Shown piece after piece: positions 9,891 through 20,124 of a stretch of DNA of 64,000 bases (positions within the stretch are counted from its first letter, which is position 1; each line of letters opens with the position of its first letter). This DNA comes from Candidatus Poribacteria bacterium (GTDB lineage: Bacteria; Poribacteria; WGA-4E; PCPOR2b). The notes beneath the pieces are model-generated. The model made no database searches. It was given only the letters and a program-made list of their open reading frames with translations, and was not told the origin of the DNA. The DNA lies in the NCBI GenBank assembly GCA_965198175.1, contig OZ240245.1:3840001-3904000 (forward strand), in the 5' to 3' direction. Made by a program: the position numbers and the translations under genes.

Positions 9891-10928
9891 TTACCGACTG
9901 GTTGATTGACTAATTCTCTCGGGATAGCGGCAGTCAATAGGTCTTCCGGTTTCAACAGACTGATATGCCGCTAGTGCAATTTCCACAGCCGCACGTCCAT
10001 CCGCCCCGGTGATTGGTGGCGTTGTATCGTTGAGGACCGCGTCGACAAACGCCCGGATCTCGTGGCAGACTGGTTCTTCTACCTTAATTTCAGAGATTGG
10101 AATGCGCTTTTCCTCGCCTTCAAATGCTTTAACACGGATTGCTGCATCTCCGCCCCAAATCTGCGGGAAATAGATTGAGCCTTTTTTGCAATCAACACGC
10201 CCGCCGTACCCACCAATAGCAGAGACGTGACTTGAGTGAAGCACCCCAACCCCTCCGCTCTCGAACGTTAACGAAGCGAGAATGACATCGGGATAGTCGG
10301 CTTCCTGCTGAACGTATGTACCGCCTATGGCATAAACGGTTTTGACTTCTCCGCATGTCCACCGCATGAAATCAATCTCGTGAGCACTAATCTCCATAAG
10401 AGATCCGCCTGACTTATCGCGCTGAAAACGCCAGTTTGTCCCATAGCTTTCGCGCTGCCAAGGCCCTCCAATCCGATGCATTACCATGCAAACAGGATTT
10501 CCCAGCTGACCACTGTGAACGATTTCACGCACCTTTGAGTGTGTGGCGTGAAATCGACAAACCAATCCAATTGTCAATTTCACATCGTTCCTCTGAGCGG
10601 CTTGAATCATCGCATCACAGTCTTCCAGTGTAGGCGCCATCGGTTTTTCAGAGAAAACGTGCCTACCCGCATTTGCGGCATCAACAGCCATTTGACGGTG
10701 CATAAACGGTGGCGATGCAATTAACACACCCTGTATGCGCTCATCTGACAGTAGGTCATTGTAATCGAGATTGTACTCGGCGTGAACCTCAGCTGCCAGT
10801 TTCTTAGCACGACGCTCATCTAGATCGCTAACACGTAGAACATCGACGTGCTCAAGCGCTTGCGCACTATGTGCAAGGCTTCTGCCCATAACGCCGCAAC
10901 CAATCACACCAACTCCAAACCTATCCAT
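9891..10928 (-). CDS. Gfo/Idh/MocA family oxidoreductase
   Basis: GVIGCGVMG, EKPMA, GGSLMEISAHEID. Confidence 0.92.
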   Translation of the reverse strand: MDRFGVGVIGCGVMGRSLAHSAQALEHVDVLRVSDLDERRAKKLAAEVHAEYNLDYNDLLSDERIQGVLIASPPFMHRQMAVDAANAGRHVFSEKPMAPTLEDCDAMIQAAQRNDVKLTIGLVCRFHATHSKVREIVHSGQLGNPVCMVMHRIGGPWQRESYGTNWRFQRDKSGGSLMEISAHEIDFMRWTCGEVKTVYAIGGTYVQQEADYPDVILASLTFESGGVGVLHSSHVSAIGGYGGRVDCKKGSIYFPQIWGGDAAIRVKAFEGEEKRIPISEIKVEEPVCHEIRAFVDAVLNDTTPPITGADGRAAVEIALAAYQSVETGRPIDCRYPERISQSTSR

Positions 10929-11584
10929 AAAGTGTCCTCTACTCACAATGCCATCAGTTTTTCTAGAGTATAGCATATTAAGCTCTAAAAACGAATCCTA
11001 TTTGCGCTGAAACCGAAGTGATGAGTGGACGCATTAAGCATTTCTTCCTTTCCTCACCTCTCTATAGAAGAAAATTCGCGAAACTTGAAAGGGTGGCTTA
11101 GTCTATTTAGGTATCACTTTTGCTACAGGTCGCATGACCATTACTACACTTTTTGAGCGCCAATTCAAAACCTACGCTCGCAGATACCAGCTGTAAGTAG
11201 ACCTTGGTTAGTAATCGGTGAATAGGAGGGAAAAGGACAACGTGGCAGATGGCAACATCAATTAAGGTGACAATTGATTCTCCCTTTTCCCTTTCCGTAT
11301 GCCCTCTGATTCACTGCTCGATTTTCTAGCTTGGCGCGGATTTGAAGAACTTTGCGGGATTATGACTGAAAAACAGGAAGGGTAGGCGACCCAAAATTAG
11401 GAGGTATTCGATCGATATTTCTTGAAACTTATCGCAGAATAGAGGGTATAATTTTACAGTAAGTCAGATGTCAACAAGGTAGTCTGTTAGATTAAGCCTC
11501 TATCAGGATCCCTAGCTCAATGGCACTGGAAAATTATGGCATATAACTTGCTAAGTTGTCCCAGAGCAAAAGGAGGAAAGTACA

Positions 11585-12373
11585 ATGAAATTACTCGGGC
11601 TACAAGTCAGCAGTCTTTGCCTCGCCGTTTTCTTGGTTATAGATTTCGCTGCATCAGGCGATGCAGGAGTTGAAACAATCCAAATCGAGCTTTCAGGTTT
11701 CGTCAGCAATGACGATGCCCGCCAGATTCGGCGCTTGATAAAACCGTGGGCAAATCCAGAAGATGTGGTGTTTAAACCTGCTTACGACAAGAAGAAGCGA
11801 AAACTCCATTTCACAACAGTGGTTGAAATTACCCCACGACGGGGTAAGAATAAATATAGCGAACATCACACTTTTGACGTGTATAATATTATACGGCAAC
11901 TGAACGACCAGCGTTTCCGAGGGAGTCAGATTGGACTGCGCCCCAGGGTTGCCAAAAGCGAAGTCACGGTGACGGGAAGCCTCTTTGCCCACGCCGGCTG
12001 GTCACGCAGTTATCTCCGCAACGTTCCGTTTTGGAGGCGTTGGCGTGCTGAAACATCAGTCGTCAATCATGCGATGGTTGCGGGCCGTTGGGATCAGAAA
12101 ATTGTATTTAGCAATAACGACAAGTTCGACCAGTTAAGACAAGAAGCAAGTAGAGGTCAAGGAGATGAGATGGTTGAGGTCAAAGGGAAGATTGTAGGAT
12201 TTGATGGCCCCTACCCTGTGATGTCTATCCGAAAATTTAGCGTGGATTACAGTGTTGAACCGCACTCAAGAGAAAAAGCAAAAAAGCAGCCGAATGAGTC
12301 TTATGAATATTTAGAAGAAGCTCTTGAGGAATCAGGTGAAAAGCCTCAAGATGCGTCAAAAACCAGCGAATAA
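11585..12373 (+). CDS. Hypothetical secreted protein
   Basis: Strong SD AGGAGG, signal-peptide-like N-terminus, 262 aa; no family recognised. Confidence 0.75.
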   Translation: MKLLGLQVSSLCLAVFLVIDFAASGDAGVETIQIELSGFVSNDDARQIRRLIKPWANPEDVVFKPAYDKKKRKLHFTTVVEITPRRGKNKYSEHHTFDVYNIIRQLNDQRFRGSQIGLRPRVAKSEVTVTGSLFAHAGWSRSYLRNVPFWRRWRAETSVVNHAMVAGRWDQKIVFSNNDKFDQLRQEASRGQGDEMVEVKGKIVGFDGPYPVMSIRKFSVDYSVEPHSREKAKKQPNESYEYLEEALEESGEKPQDASKTSE

Positions 12374-12755
12374 ATAGCTATCAGCCTCTTAAAGATCAGG
12401 GCTTGTCCAGCCAAAATGGGTTTGGTGTCACCAGTCCTATTTGAATTCAGTGTGTCCGACAAAAAAATTTCAGAGATGAAGAATAGGATTGCGAGATAAA
12501 CATGTTTTCTCCGCTGCTCAATTCATCAGTGTAATGTTGCATCCACCCCGCCTCCTGTCTACATTTGACCATGATACAATTATGACCATTCGAGCATCCA
12601 GAGGTCAATTGAAAATCCATGACTACTGCACCCATTTGGCATGATACTGGTGGTAATTTCAATAACGCTTGATTTCCTCGCCTTTCATTGTGTAAAATCC
12701 TCTTTTATACGCGACAAACCCGAAAAGCAAATCTTTAACCCGTTCAACCAAATTG

Positions 12756-13972
12756 ATGGGAGAAAATCTCTGTTTACAAAACCATTTAGTGAAATCGAAT
12801 TTGATGACATTGAAGCGTTTTGCGAAAAATGGCCCGAGGGTGTACGTGTTGAATACAAAAGACAGATTCCTAACACAATTCCTAAAAGCGTGTCGTCTTT
12901 TGCAAACACGTTGGGTGGAATTTTGATATTTGGCGTCGAGACCAATGAAAACAATAAAGCTATATTGCCCATTGAAGGTATGCCCTCTGATCGTGGAATG
13001 CAAGAACGAATTGAAGAAAGTGCATTCACTGGGATTTATCCTCCTGTCACCCAAGAAGTGAAAGTTTGCGATGTGCCAGACAAAAACGGCAACGTCGTTG
13101 TACTTGTTCGCGTCAATGAAAGCCCTGAAGCTCCACACGCAATTCAAAATAAGACGAAAGTTTATCTTCGTGTCGGAAGTACCACCCAACCGGCAGACAT
13201 TGACAGAATTGAATACATGCTGAAACGGAGAGAGAAACCGCAAGAACTCAGTAACCGAATTATAAATCGGATTAAGGAGCGGATAGCTGATTACTGGTGT
13301 TTAACAAGCCAGCCAGTTCCGAACCTTACCCTGATTGCACGCCCTTTATTTCCCTATCGCCCTTTAATCTCATCTTCGGAGATTTACGAGTATTTGCGAG
13401 TAGGAAGGTCAAATCGCCTGAGTCCTATCCCATTTAATGATCATGACCCCAACTTTGGCACAAGACAAGTTATCGGTGGCGTCTGTTTCGTGGGCTCCGC
13501 AATACCATATTGGGAATAAAATGAACACGGCATCATTTATTTAAGGGAAAAGCTACATAAAATCCCGTTGAAAGCTGTTCACGTCCCCAAAGATGACGAA
13601 CAGAATGAGTATCTTACGCTTCGTGACTTTCTTAAGAATCATTTCTACCTGATTGAAGTGGCTAAAGATTTTTACCAGAAATGCCAGTATTTAGGTGATG
13701 TTGAGATTACAGCAAAATTGCGCGAGGTGCGTGGCGAAAGACTTATGTTTGGTGACGAATTTCGTTATAATCCAATTCAAACACGAGAGTCTCTAGACTC
13801 CGAGATTTCGTCTTCTATTAAATGTTGTGCTCGTGAACTCATGGAATCCGAAAAGGCTAACAATGTCATTGTTAATTCACTGAGTCAGCTTCTTTGGGGC
13901 TTTAATGTTCTGCCCGGCGCATGGGAATCGACGGTGCGCGAGATGTTGGAGCAATGGCGACGGCAATCCTAG
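12756..13972 (+). pseudogene. AlbA_2/Schlafen-like DNA-binding domain protein, disrupted
   Basis: EGVRVEYK, SFANTLGGILIFGV, PHA..VYLRVG. The in-frame TAA at 13517-13519 is followed by an open frame into ORF 13568..13972. Probable 2-nt insertion near ATG 12756. Confidence 0.7.
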
Positions 13973-14092
13973 ATTCTCCGTGCTTGGGGCGAGCCCAGTG
14001 GTTGAGCACGGCTATCCACAATTGACTCATGCACAATAATGGAGTAACCTATTCAAACGGACTTGCTTATTCAAACAGGAAAGGGAAAATCA

Positions 14093-14266
14093 ATGAATGA
14101 CACTTTGGAAATTGTCAATCAGCAGGGTGAAACGAGAATCAAATTGACCACCGACGACGAAGGTGGCAGGTTAGTGCTTGTAGGAGCTGACGGGGACACT
14201 ACTATCACCTTACGGTTTGAGCGCGCGCCGGAGGGCAAATTGTTCGGTGTGGTTCAGGGGCTTTAA
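14093..14266 (+). CDS. Small protein resembling the repeat unit of the downstream gene
   Basis: DEGGRLVLVGADGDTTITL resembles EDGGRVGVWGKDGKSKAWL. Confidence 0.45.
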   Translation: MNDTLEIVNQQGETRIKLTTDDEGGRLVLVGADGDTTITLRFERAPEGKLFGVVQGL

Positions 14267-14340
14267 CCGCCGGTTCGGCGTCAATATCACCTTTCATCGG
14301 CGCCGGACTTCAACCATTACAACAAGGGAGGATTTTCGCG

Positions 14341-15183
14341 ATGTTTACGTTTCAGAACTGGAAGGTCAAGTTGGCTTATGCGGGGTTCGGTTGTCTGTTC
14401 GGGTCGCTTTGCACGATAATGGGGATGTTGGCGTCACCTGTCACGGCCCAACGCGATAAATTCGGAGAGATTGAGTGTACCAAGCTGACGGTCGTTGATG
14501 CGGAGGGCAAAGCGCATGTGGTTCTTAGTACGAATTGGCGGGATTGCCTAGTGGACACGCAGGTAATACGGCTTGGTTCAGGTCTTTTCGACGGCGGGTG
14601 TGTCTCTGTCTTGGGCAAAGATGGGAAAACGAAGGCGGAACTTAGTGCATATTCATGGGGCGGGCGTGTCTTTGTCTTGGGCAAAGATGGGAAAGCGAAG
14701 GCGGAACTCAGTGTCCATGAAGACGGCGGGTTTTTCTCTGTCTTGGGCAAAGATGGGAAAGCGAAGGCGGAACTCAGTGCCCAAGAAGACGGTGGGCGCG
14801 TCGGTGTCTGGGGCAAAGATGGGAAATCGAAGGCGTGGCTCGATTCCGATAAATACGGCGGGTATGTCGGCGTCTGGGACAAAAACGGGCGATGGAAGGC
14901 GTCGCTCGGTGTCAATGAACACGGCGGGGTTGTCGATGTCGGCGGCGATGTCTATGACGGCACAGGTAGGATGCTATCAAAAGCGTCGCTCGGTGTCGAT
15001 GAACATGGTGGGCGTGTTGATGTCTTTGGTAAAGATGGGAGAGGGAGGGCGTGGCTCCGTGTTACTAAAGATGGCGGGCGTGTTCAAGTCAATGGCAAAA
15101 GTGAAGGTGCGGCTGTCGTTGGCATTAACGAATACGGCAACGGCGCTGTCAGCACATGGGACAAAGACGGGAAAAGGCAGTGA
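14341..15183 (+). CDS. Exported beta-repeat protein with 22-aa (66-bp) tandem repeats
   Basis: N-terminal hydrophobic segment; about 8 copies of GGxVxVxGKDGKxKAxLxxxxx; SD GGGAGG. Confidence 0.8.
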   Translation: MFTFQNWKVKLAYAGFGCLFGSLCTIMGMLASPVTAQRDKFGEIECTKLTVVDAEGKAHVVLSTNWRDCLVDTQVIRLGSGLFDGGCVSVLGKDGKTKAELSAYSWGGRVFVLGKDGKAKAELSVHEDGGFFSVLGKDGKAKAELSAQEDGGRVGVWGKDGKSKAWLDSDKYGGYVGVWDKNGRWKASLGVNEHGGVVDVGGDVYDGTGRMLSKASLGVDEHGGRVDVFGKDGRGRAWLRVTKDGGRVQVNGKSEGAAVVGINEYGNGAVSTWDKDGKRQ

Positions 15184-15203
15184 AAAATGGTTGCCAGCGA
15201 TCT

Positions 15204-15460
15204 GTTCTTGTAGGTTGGATTGAGATCAACTGAGCGAATAGATCAAGCGAACGAATGGTGAGTGCGATAGTCGCTCCTAGCTAGGCGATAGCCTTCTGCG
15301 AAACCCACTGCCTCTCATTGCCTCAAACACAACCACGAATCCAAACCCCGCACCGCACGAAGTGTATGACCAATTAATGCCGGCGTTTTGGCATCTGAAT
15401 GCGACCGAGATGGACAGGTTGTCCGCCTGAAATCCCATTCATCCAAGTCCAAAGGCTGCA
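15204..15460 (+). repeat. About 250-nt non-coding element, copy 1
   Basis: Colinear similarity with 15997..16235, from gttcttgtaggttgg to gtccaaagg. Confidence 0.75.
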
Positions 15461-15600
15461 AGTAAGTTCAGGTCCGTCCTTCTTTAAACACTGGACAGAC
15501 TTCTTCCTTAACTATAAAACGGAGTATTTCTTGAAAACTAATGGCTAGATGGTCGGCTGGTGTTAATTGGCGTTTAGGTTTCGACATGGATTGTGTCCTT

Positions 15601-15903
15601 TCAAGCCACTTCTACAACAGCACGCAATTCTTGATTTGACAATCTATTAAACAATATCTGTGCCCGATTGTATTTGGGATCGTCAAATGACTGGAAAGTT
15701 ACCGATGGCCCTTCGGGCGGTGGCCAATCACGAGAGATATCCGGAAATGTGTCCTCCCACGGATCCTCCATATCTCTCAATACGTCATCATCGCCGGCAA
15801 TGCGAGCATCACCATTCCACATTGCTCGCAAAGCTAACACATCGTCCGAGTCCATGTTGTAATTCGACATAACCTCTTCAATGGTTGGGGCTTGCATTGG
15901 CAT
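15601..15903 (-). CDS. Hypothetical acidic protein
   Basis: 100-aa ORF with SD AGGAGA; no family recognised. Confidence 0.55.
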   Translation of the reverse strand: MPMQAPTIEEVMSNYNMDSDDVLALRAMWNGDARIAGDDDVLRDMEDPWEDTFPDISRDWPPPEGPSVTFQSFDDPKYNRAQILFNRLSNQELRAVVEVA

Positions 15904-15996
15904 GTCTCCTAGTGGTTGGGCGACGGTGATGTCCGATTACAGGCTATCCTCATCACGCGGTGAGTTGCATAACGGAACGTCCCGCCATCAATTTCA

Positions 15997-16235
15997 GTTC
16001 TTGTAGGTTGGGTTGAGATCGACTGAGCGAATAGCGAAGGATCGAGCTAACGATTAGCGGGTGCTATAGTCTTACTAGTATTTTCCAATACCAACGCTTT
16101 TCATTGCCTCGAACAAAACCACGATTCCCAACCCCCGATTGCACAAGGCAATTTCCAATAATTACCGGTGTTTAAACCTGACCAGGTGGGAAAAGTTCTC
16201 CACCGTAAATTTTATTCATCGCTGTCCAAAGGAAG
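15997..16235 (+). repeat. About 250-nt non-coding element, copy 2
   Basis: Diverged direct copy of 15204..15460. Confidence 0.75.
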
Positions 16236-16287
16236 GGAATAATTTAACCTTACAATTCTTGACAACTGAAGCGACAAGTGGTATTCG

Positions 16288-17994
16288 TTAGTGTTTCTGC
16301 GCTTTCTGGATTTTTGCCCAAGTATCACGTAATGATACCGTCCGATTGAAAATGAGTTTTTCGCCGAAAGCGTCGCGGTCAAGACAGAAATAACCCTGCC
16401 TTAGAAACTGGTAGCGGCTTCCCGGCGCAGCGCCTGCTAAACCGGACTCAACTCGACACGAACTCAATATCGTCAACGAATTTGGATTCAAGTTGGCTTT
16501 GAAATCATCCCCATCTTCCACATCGTCCGGGTTGGGTTTTATAAAGAGATTATCGTACAAGCGGACCTCAGCTTCAAGCGAATGTGGTGCCGAAACCCAG
16601 TGCAACGTACCTCTAACCTTACGCCCATCTTCTGACCACCCGCCCCGTGTCTCAGGATCGTATGTACAATGCAGCTCAACCGCTTCGCCATTTCCATCCT
16701 TAACTACCCGATCGCACTTAATATAGTACGCATGTTTCAGCCGGACTTCACGCCCCGGCGCCAAACGGAAGTATTTCTTCGGCGGGTCTTCCATGAAGTC
16801 TTCCTGTTCGATATAGAGTTCGCGTGAAAAGGGAATCTTTCGTGTTCCGGCGCTGGGGTCCTCCGGATTGTTGTCAGCATCTAACTCCTCCACTTTGCCC
16901 TCTGGGTAGTTGTCAATGATTACTTTAAGCGGCGATAACACCGCCATCACACGCGGCGCGCGTTTGTTCAAGTCTTGGCGAACGCAGTACTCAAGCAAGG
17001 CGATGTCAACCAAATTATCGGCTTTGGCGATGCCAATCCGATTACAGAAATCTCGAATCGACTCCGGCGTGTAGCCGCGCCGGCGCAATCCGCACAGCGT
17101 GGGCATCCGCGGATCGTCCCAACCGTTGACATGGCCTTCTTCAACCAATTGGATTAACTTTCGCTTGCCGAGTACAGTATAGCTGACATTCAGGCGAGCG
17201 AACTCGATTTGCTGCGGATGATAGATGTCTAGCTGGTCGAGAAACCAGTCGTACAAGGGACGATTGTTTTCAAATTCCAGTGAACAGAGCGAATGTGTGA
17301 TGCCTTCGATAGAATCAGAGATGCAATGCGTAAAGTCGTACATGGGATAAATGCACCACCTATCGCCCGTCTCATGATGGGACGCGTATAGTATGCGGTA
17401 CATGACCGGATCCCGCATGATCAAATTCGGAGATGACATATCAATTTTTGCTCGAAGTGTGCTGGAGCCTTCCTCAAATTCGCCAGCACGCATACGCTCA
17501 AATAGGTCGAGGTTCTCTTCGACGGAACGGTTGCGGTAAGGGCTTTCCAACCCCGGCTCAGTCAAGGTGCCGCGATACTCTCCGTACCGAATCTCCTCCG
17601 GACTCAAGTCGCAGACATACGCTGCCCCTTTTTCGATTAGCTGTACGGCGTATCCATAGAGTTGCTCAAAGTAGTCAGATGCATTGAATTCCCGATTCGC
17701 CCAATCGAAGCCAAGCCATCGAATGTCATCTCTAATTGATTCCACATATTCAACATCTTCCTTGGTGGGGTTGGTGTCATCGAATCGTAGATTGTAAAGT
17801 CCGTCGTAATCTTCGGCAATACCGAAATTGATACATATGGCTTTGGCGCTGCCAAGATGGATATAGCCGTTGGGTTCCGGCGGGAATCGTGTATGAACCC
17901 GTCCACCGTACTTATTTGTCCTCAAGTCCTCATTGATAATCTGTCGGATGAAGTCGGTGGGTTGTGTAGAATCGGTCGATATCGTATTCGACAT
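16288..17994 (-). CDS. glnS: Glutamine--tRNA ligase
   Basis: [40 protein letters not shown]. Start may lie up to 18036. Confidence 0.97.
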   Translation of the reverse strand: MSNTISTDSTQPTDFIRQIINEDLRTNKYGGRVHTRFPPEPNGYIHLGSAKAICINFGIAEDYDGLYNLRFDDTNPTKEDVEYVESIRDDIRWLGFDWANREFNASDYFEQLYGYAVQLIEKGAAYVCDLSPEEIRYGEYRGTLTEPGLESPYRNRSVEENLDLFERMRAGEFEEGSSTLRAKIDMSSPNLIMRDPVMYRILYASHHETGDRWCIYPMYDFTHCISDSIEGITHSLCSLEFENNRPLYDWFLDQLDIYHPQQIEFARLNVSYTVLGKRKLIQLVEEGHVNGWDDPRMPTLCGLRRRGYTPESIRDFCNRIGIAKADNLVDIALLEYCVRQDLNKRAPRVMAVLSPLKVIIDNYPEGKVEELDADNNPEDPSAGTRKIPFSRELYIEQEDFMEDPPKKYFRLAPGREVRLKHAYYIKCDRVVKDGNGEAVELHCTYDPETRGGWSEDGRKVRGTLHWVSAPHSLEAEVRLYDNLFIKPNPDDVEDGDDFKANLNPNSLTILSSCRVESGLAGAAPGSRYQFLRQGYFCLDRDAFGEKLIFNRTVSLRDTWAKIQKAQKH

Positions 17995-18159
17995 CTTCTC
18001 TTCTTTTCTCTGTTCAGTTATTGTCATGGTGTGCAACCAGAAATGTCAACGTGTGAGACACGCACGTTCCCGGGATACAGCGGACCTGTGGAAAAACTCA
18101 TATTCTTGAGGATTCCGTATCGCCTAGCTCGCGCTCTAGTCCTAAGTGTCATTTCAATC

Positions 18160-19041
18160 TCAATCTGATTGGGGTTGATTCGACTGAAGCAACTTTATAA
18201 CTTTCTGTTCACTTGCTTTTTTGCTAGTATCTGAGGTTTCCCGCTCAAGCTGATCGAGATTTTCCATCGCTTCGGCGGTGCCAATCCTTCGCAGCGCAGC
18301 AGCGGCTGTAATTCGCACTTCGGCGCATCTATGATGGAGGTGGGTTTTTAGCGCCTCGACCAATTCCGGCTCAGAGTGCGTATGCGCAGCTTTCGTTGCG
18401 TTCATGTGGATACAGCGTCGATAGTCCTTGCTGCCCAACGCCGCGTGAAACAGCTTGTGATTCATAAAGATTACATCCCCCGGCTCGTTCGCAATCGGAT
18501 ACCGGCCCGGCACGTTCTCCGGACGCATATTCAATGACCGGATAGCATTCAAAATTTGCCCGTCCCGATCACGCCCCAACGCCTGTCGATACGCCGAAAA
18601 GTGGCTTCCCGGAATCACGTTCAGACATCCATCTTCACTTCCGAGATGATCCAGATAGATGTGAGCTCTCATTGTGAAGAAGCCGTCCGGAGCAATGTTG
18701 TCGTGGTGCCATGCAGTATCGGTCGCATGTAGAATACCTTCGGTTGCGGGTAGGATGAAATCGTCCCCGAGTAGATGTCTGAAGATGTCGACAAATTTTT
18801 GATCGGTCAATAGGGGATAGAACACATCAGGATTGAGGCCGAAGAATGGGACAAACGGATCAATCAAGCAATTAACTTGTTGCCTCTGTTGACCAAGTTC
18901 GGGCGGCGGTGCGCCATTACGTGCCGCCTTCATCGCCGCGTCGAAGGCATCTGAAAGCACCCGCGTCTCGTGTGGTGAGAAAAACCCCTTGCAATGGATA
19001 AAGCCGAGCGTCTGAAAGTGGTGGATAAGCGCTTGATTCAT
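18160..19041 (-). CDS. Phytanoyl-CoA dioxygenase (PhyH) family protein with C-terminal HEAT-like helix pair
   Basis: WHHD, GCLNVIPGSH, PGDVIFMNHKLFHAA; tail EVRITAAAALRRIG. Confidence 0.88.
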   Translation of the reverse strand: MNQALIHHFQTLGFIHCKGFFSPHETRVLSDAFDAAMKAARNGAPPPELGQQRQQVNCLIDPFVPFFGLNPDVFYPLLTDQKFVDIFRHLLGDDFILPATEGILHATDTAWHHDNIAPDGFFTMRAHIYLDHLGSEDGCLNVIPGSHFSAYRQALGRDRDGQILNAIRSLNMRPENVPGRYPIANEPGDVIFMNHKLFHAALGSKDYRRCIHMNATKAAHTHSEPELVEALKTHLHHRCAEVRITAAAALRRIGTAEAMENLDQLERETSDTSKKASEQKVIKLLQSNQPQSD

Positions 19042-19065
19042 AGATGGGTTCCTCAATAGTATTTT

Positions 19066-19461
19066 TTAATCGTACTTAATTAGCTGAATTTTGAGCTTGT
19101 TCGGCGTAAACAGATGCGCCAATCTACAGCCGCTTGAATGGATCTTTTTGAATTGGAAATTCCCTTCAGCGACATCAGTTGGCTCGTCACCGACTTCCAG
19201 ACCCTGCGACTTGAGCATGTTGAATGCCATATCCACATCGTCCACTTCAAAAGTGATGTGGTCCAGTTCACCGGATTTACCATCAGGTTTCAGGATTAAC
19301 TCTAACCTGTGACCTGTGTGGACATCTTCAACAAAAGCAACCTCTTGAATCTCTCCCACTCCCGGATGACGAAGGACAAACTTCATCCCAAGCAACTCGC
19401 AGAAGGTCTCCAAAGCCTTGTCCATATCGTTGACGATGATTGCGTGGTGGTGCAGCCGCAT
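19066..19461 (-). CDS. VOC/glyoxalase family protein
   Basis: LHHHAIIVND, LELI, LDHITFEVDDVD. Confidence 0.88.
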   Translation of the reverse strand: MRLHHHAIIVNDMDKALETFCELLGMKFVLRHPGVGEIQEVAFVEDVHTGHRLELILKPDGKSGELDHITFEVDDVDMAFNMLKSQGLEVGDEPTDVAEGNFQFKKIHSSGCRLAHLFTPNKLKIQLIKYD

Positions 19462-19608
19462 ATATAATACCCTCCATTGTTATTATATCATGATTACAAA
19501 ATAGTTGACAGTTTAAACGTCGGATAAGTGAAACGCCGCGATCGACATTTTTTAAGTTTTCTGAAGATGGTGGTGAATTTACCCGTTGAGCTGACGTCAA
19601 GAGTCCCC

Positions 19609-19685
19609 GTAGGTTGGGTTGTGCAGGCTCGCGAAACCCAACCTACAACCTCCCCTAACCCCTCCTTAGTAAGGAGGGGAATGAT
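19609..19685. repeat. Composite REP-like palindromes (GTAG hairpin plus 39-bp CCCCTCCTTAGTAAGGAGGGG unit)
   Basis: gtaggttgggtt..aacccaacctac forms a 12-bp stem. The 39-mer 19647-19685 is identical to 56958-56996 and 57202-57240. Confidence 0.85.
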
Positions 19686-20044
19686 TATTCATTGAACCGA
19701 CAAGGTGCCTCCACTGTGGGAGAATCATCTAAAACTATCGCGCTCCCTATTCGGTCGCTTGATTCTCGACAATCGGGAGAAAAATCGCCCGCTCACAGTG
19801 CGGCTCCGTGCGACTTTGCGGACTTGTAGGTAATTGGAAGTTGATAATGGGGGTTGGTACCCATTTGATCAGATTGAAGATGGGGTTTTGTTTTTAGTTG
19901 CAGTGGCTATAGATAAAGTCAGGGACTATTGAAAGGAATACTTATCGGGAGAGATATAAGTGGTGCGGTAAGTAATACATCGTGCGGGAACCGCGCTTAG
20001 GGTGGGCTTTGATACATCGGTGGGTATTCAAAAAAATAGTCTTC

Positions 20045-20082
20045 GTTGGTTGGGTTGAGTGGGCTCGCGAAACCTAACCTAC
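20045..20082. repeat. REP-like palindrome (GTAG family)
   Basis: gttggttgggttgagtgggctcgcgaaacctaacctac, a near copy of 19609-19646. Confidence 0.75.
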
Positions 20083-20124
20083 GAAAACTGAATCAATCTC
20101 AAATGTTTTCAACGGACTGAGTTA

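Noticed and set aside
11215..11320. Purine/pyrimidine inverted repeat in a 600-bp intergenic gap as an ncRNA
   Set aside because: Only partial low-complexity pairing (gggaaaagg/ccttttccc); no recognisable family.
14590..14900. Regularly spaced 66-bp repeats as CRISPR
   Set aside because: The period is a multiple of 3, the repeats lie inside an ORF, and the supposed spacers are homologous to each other.
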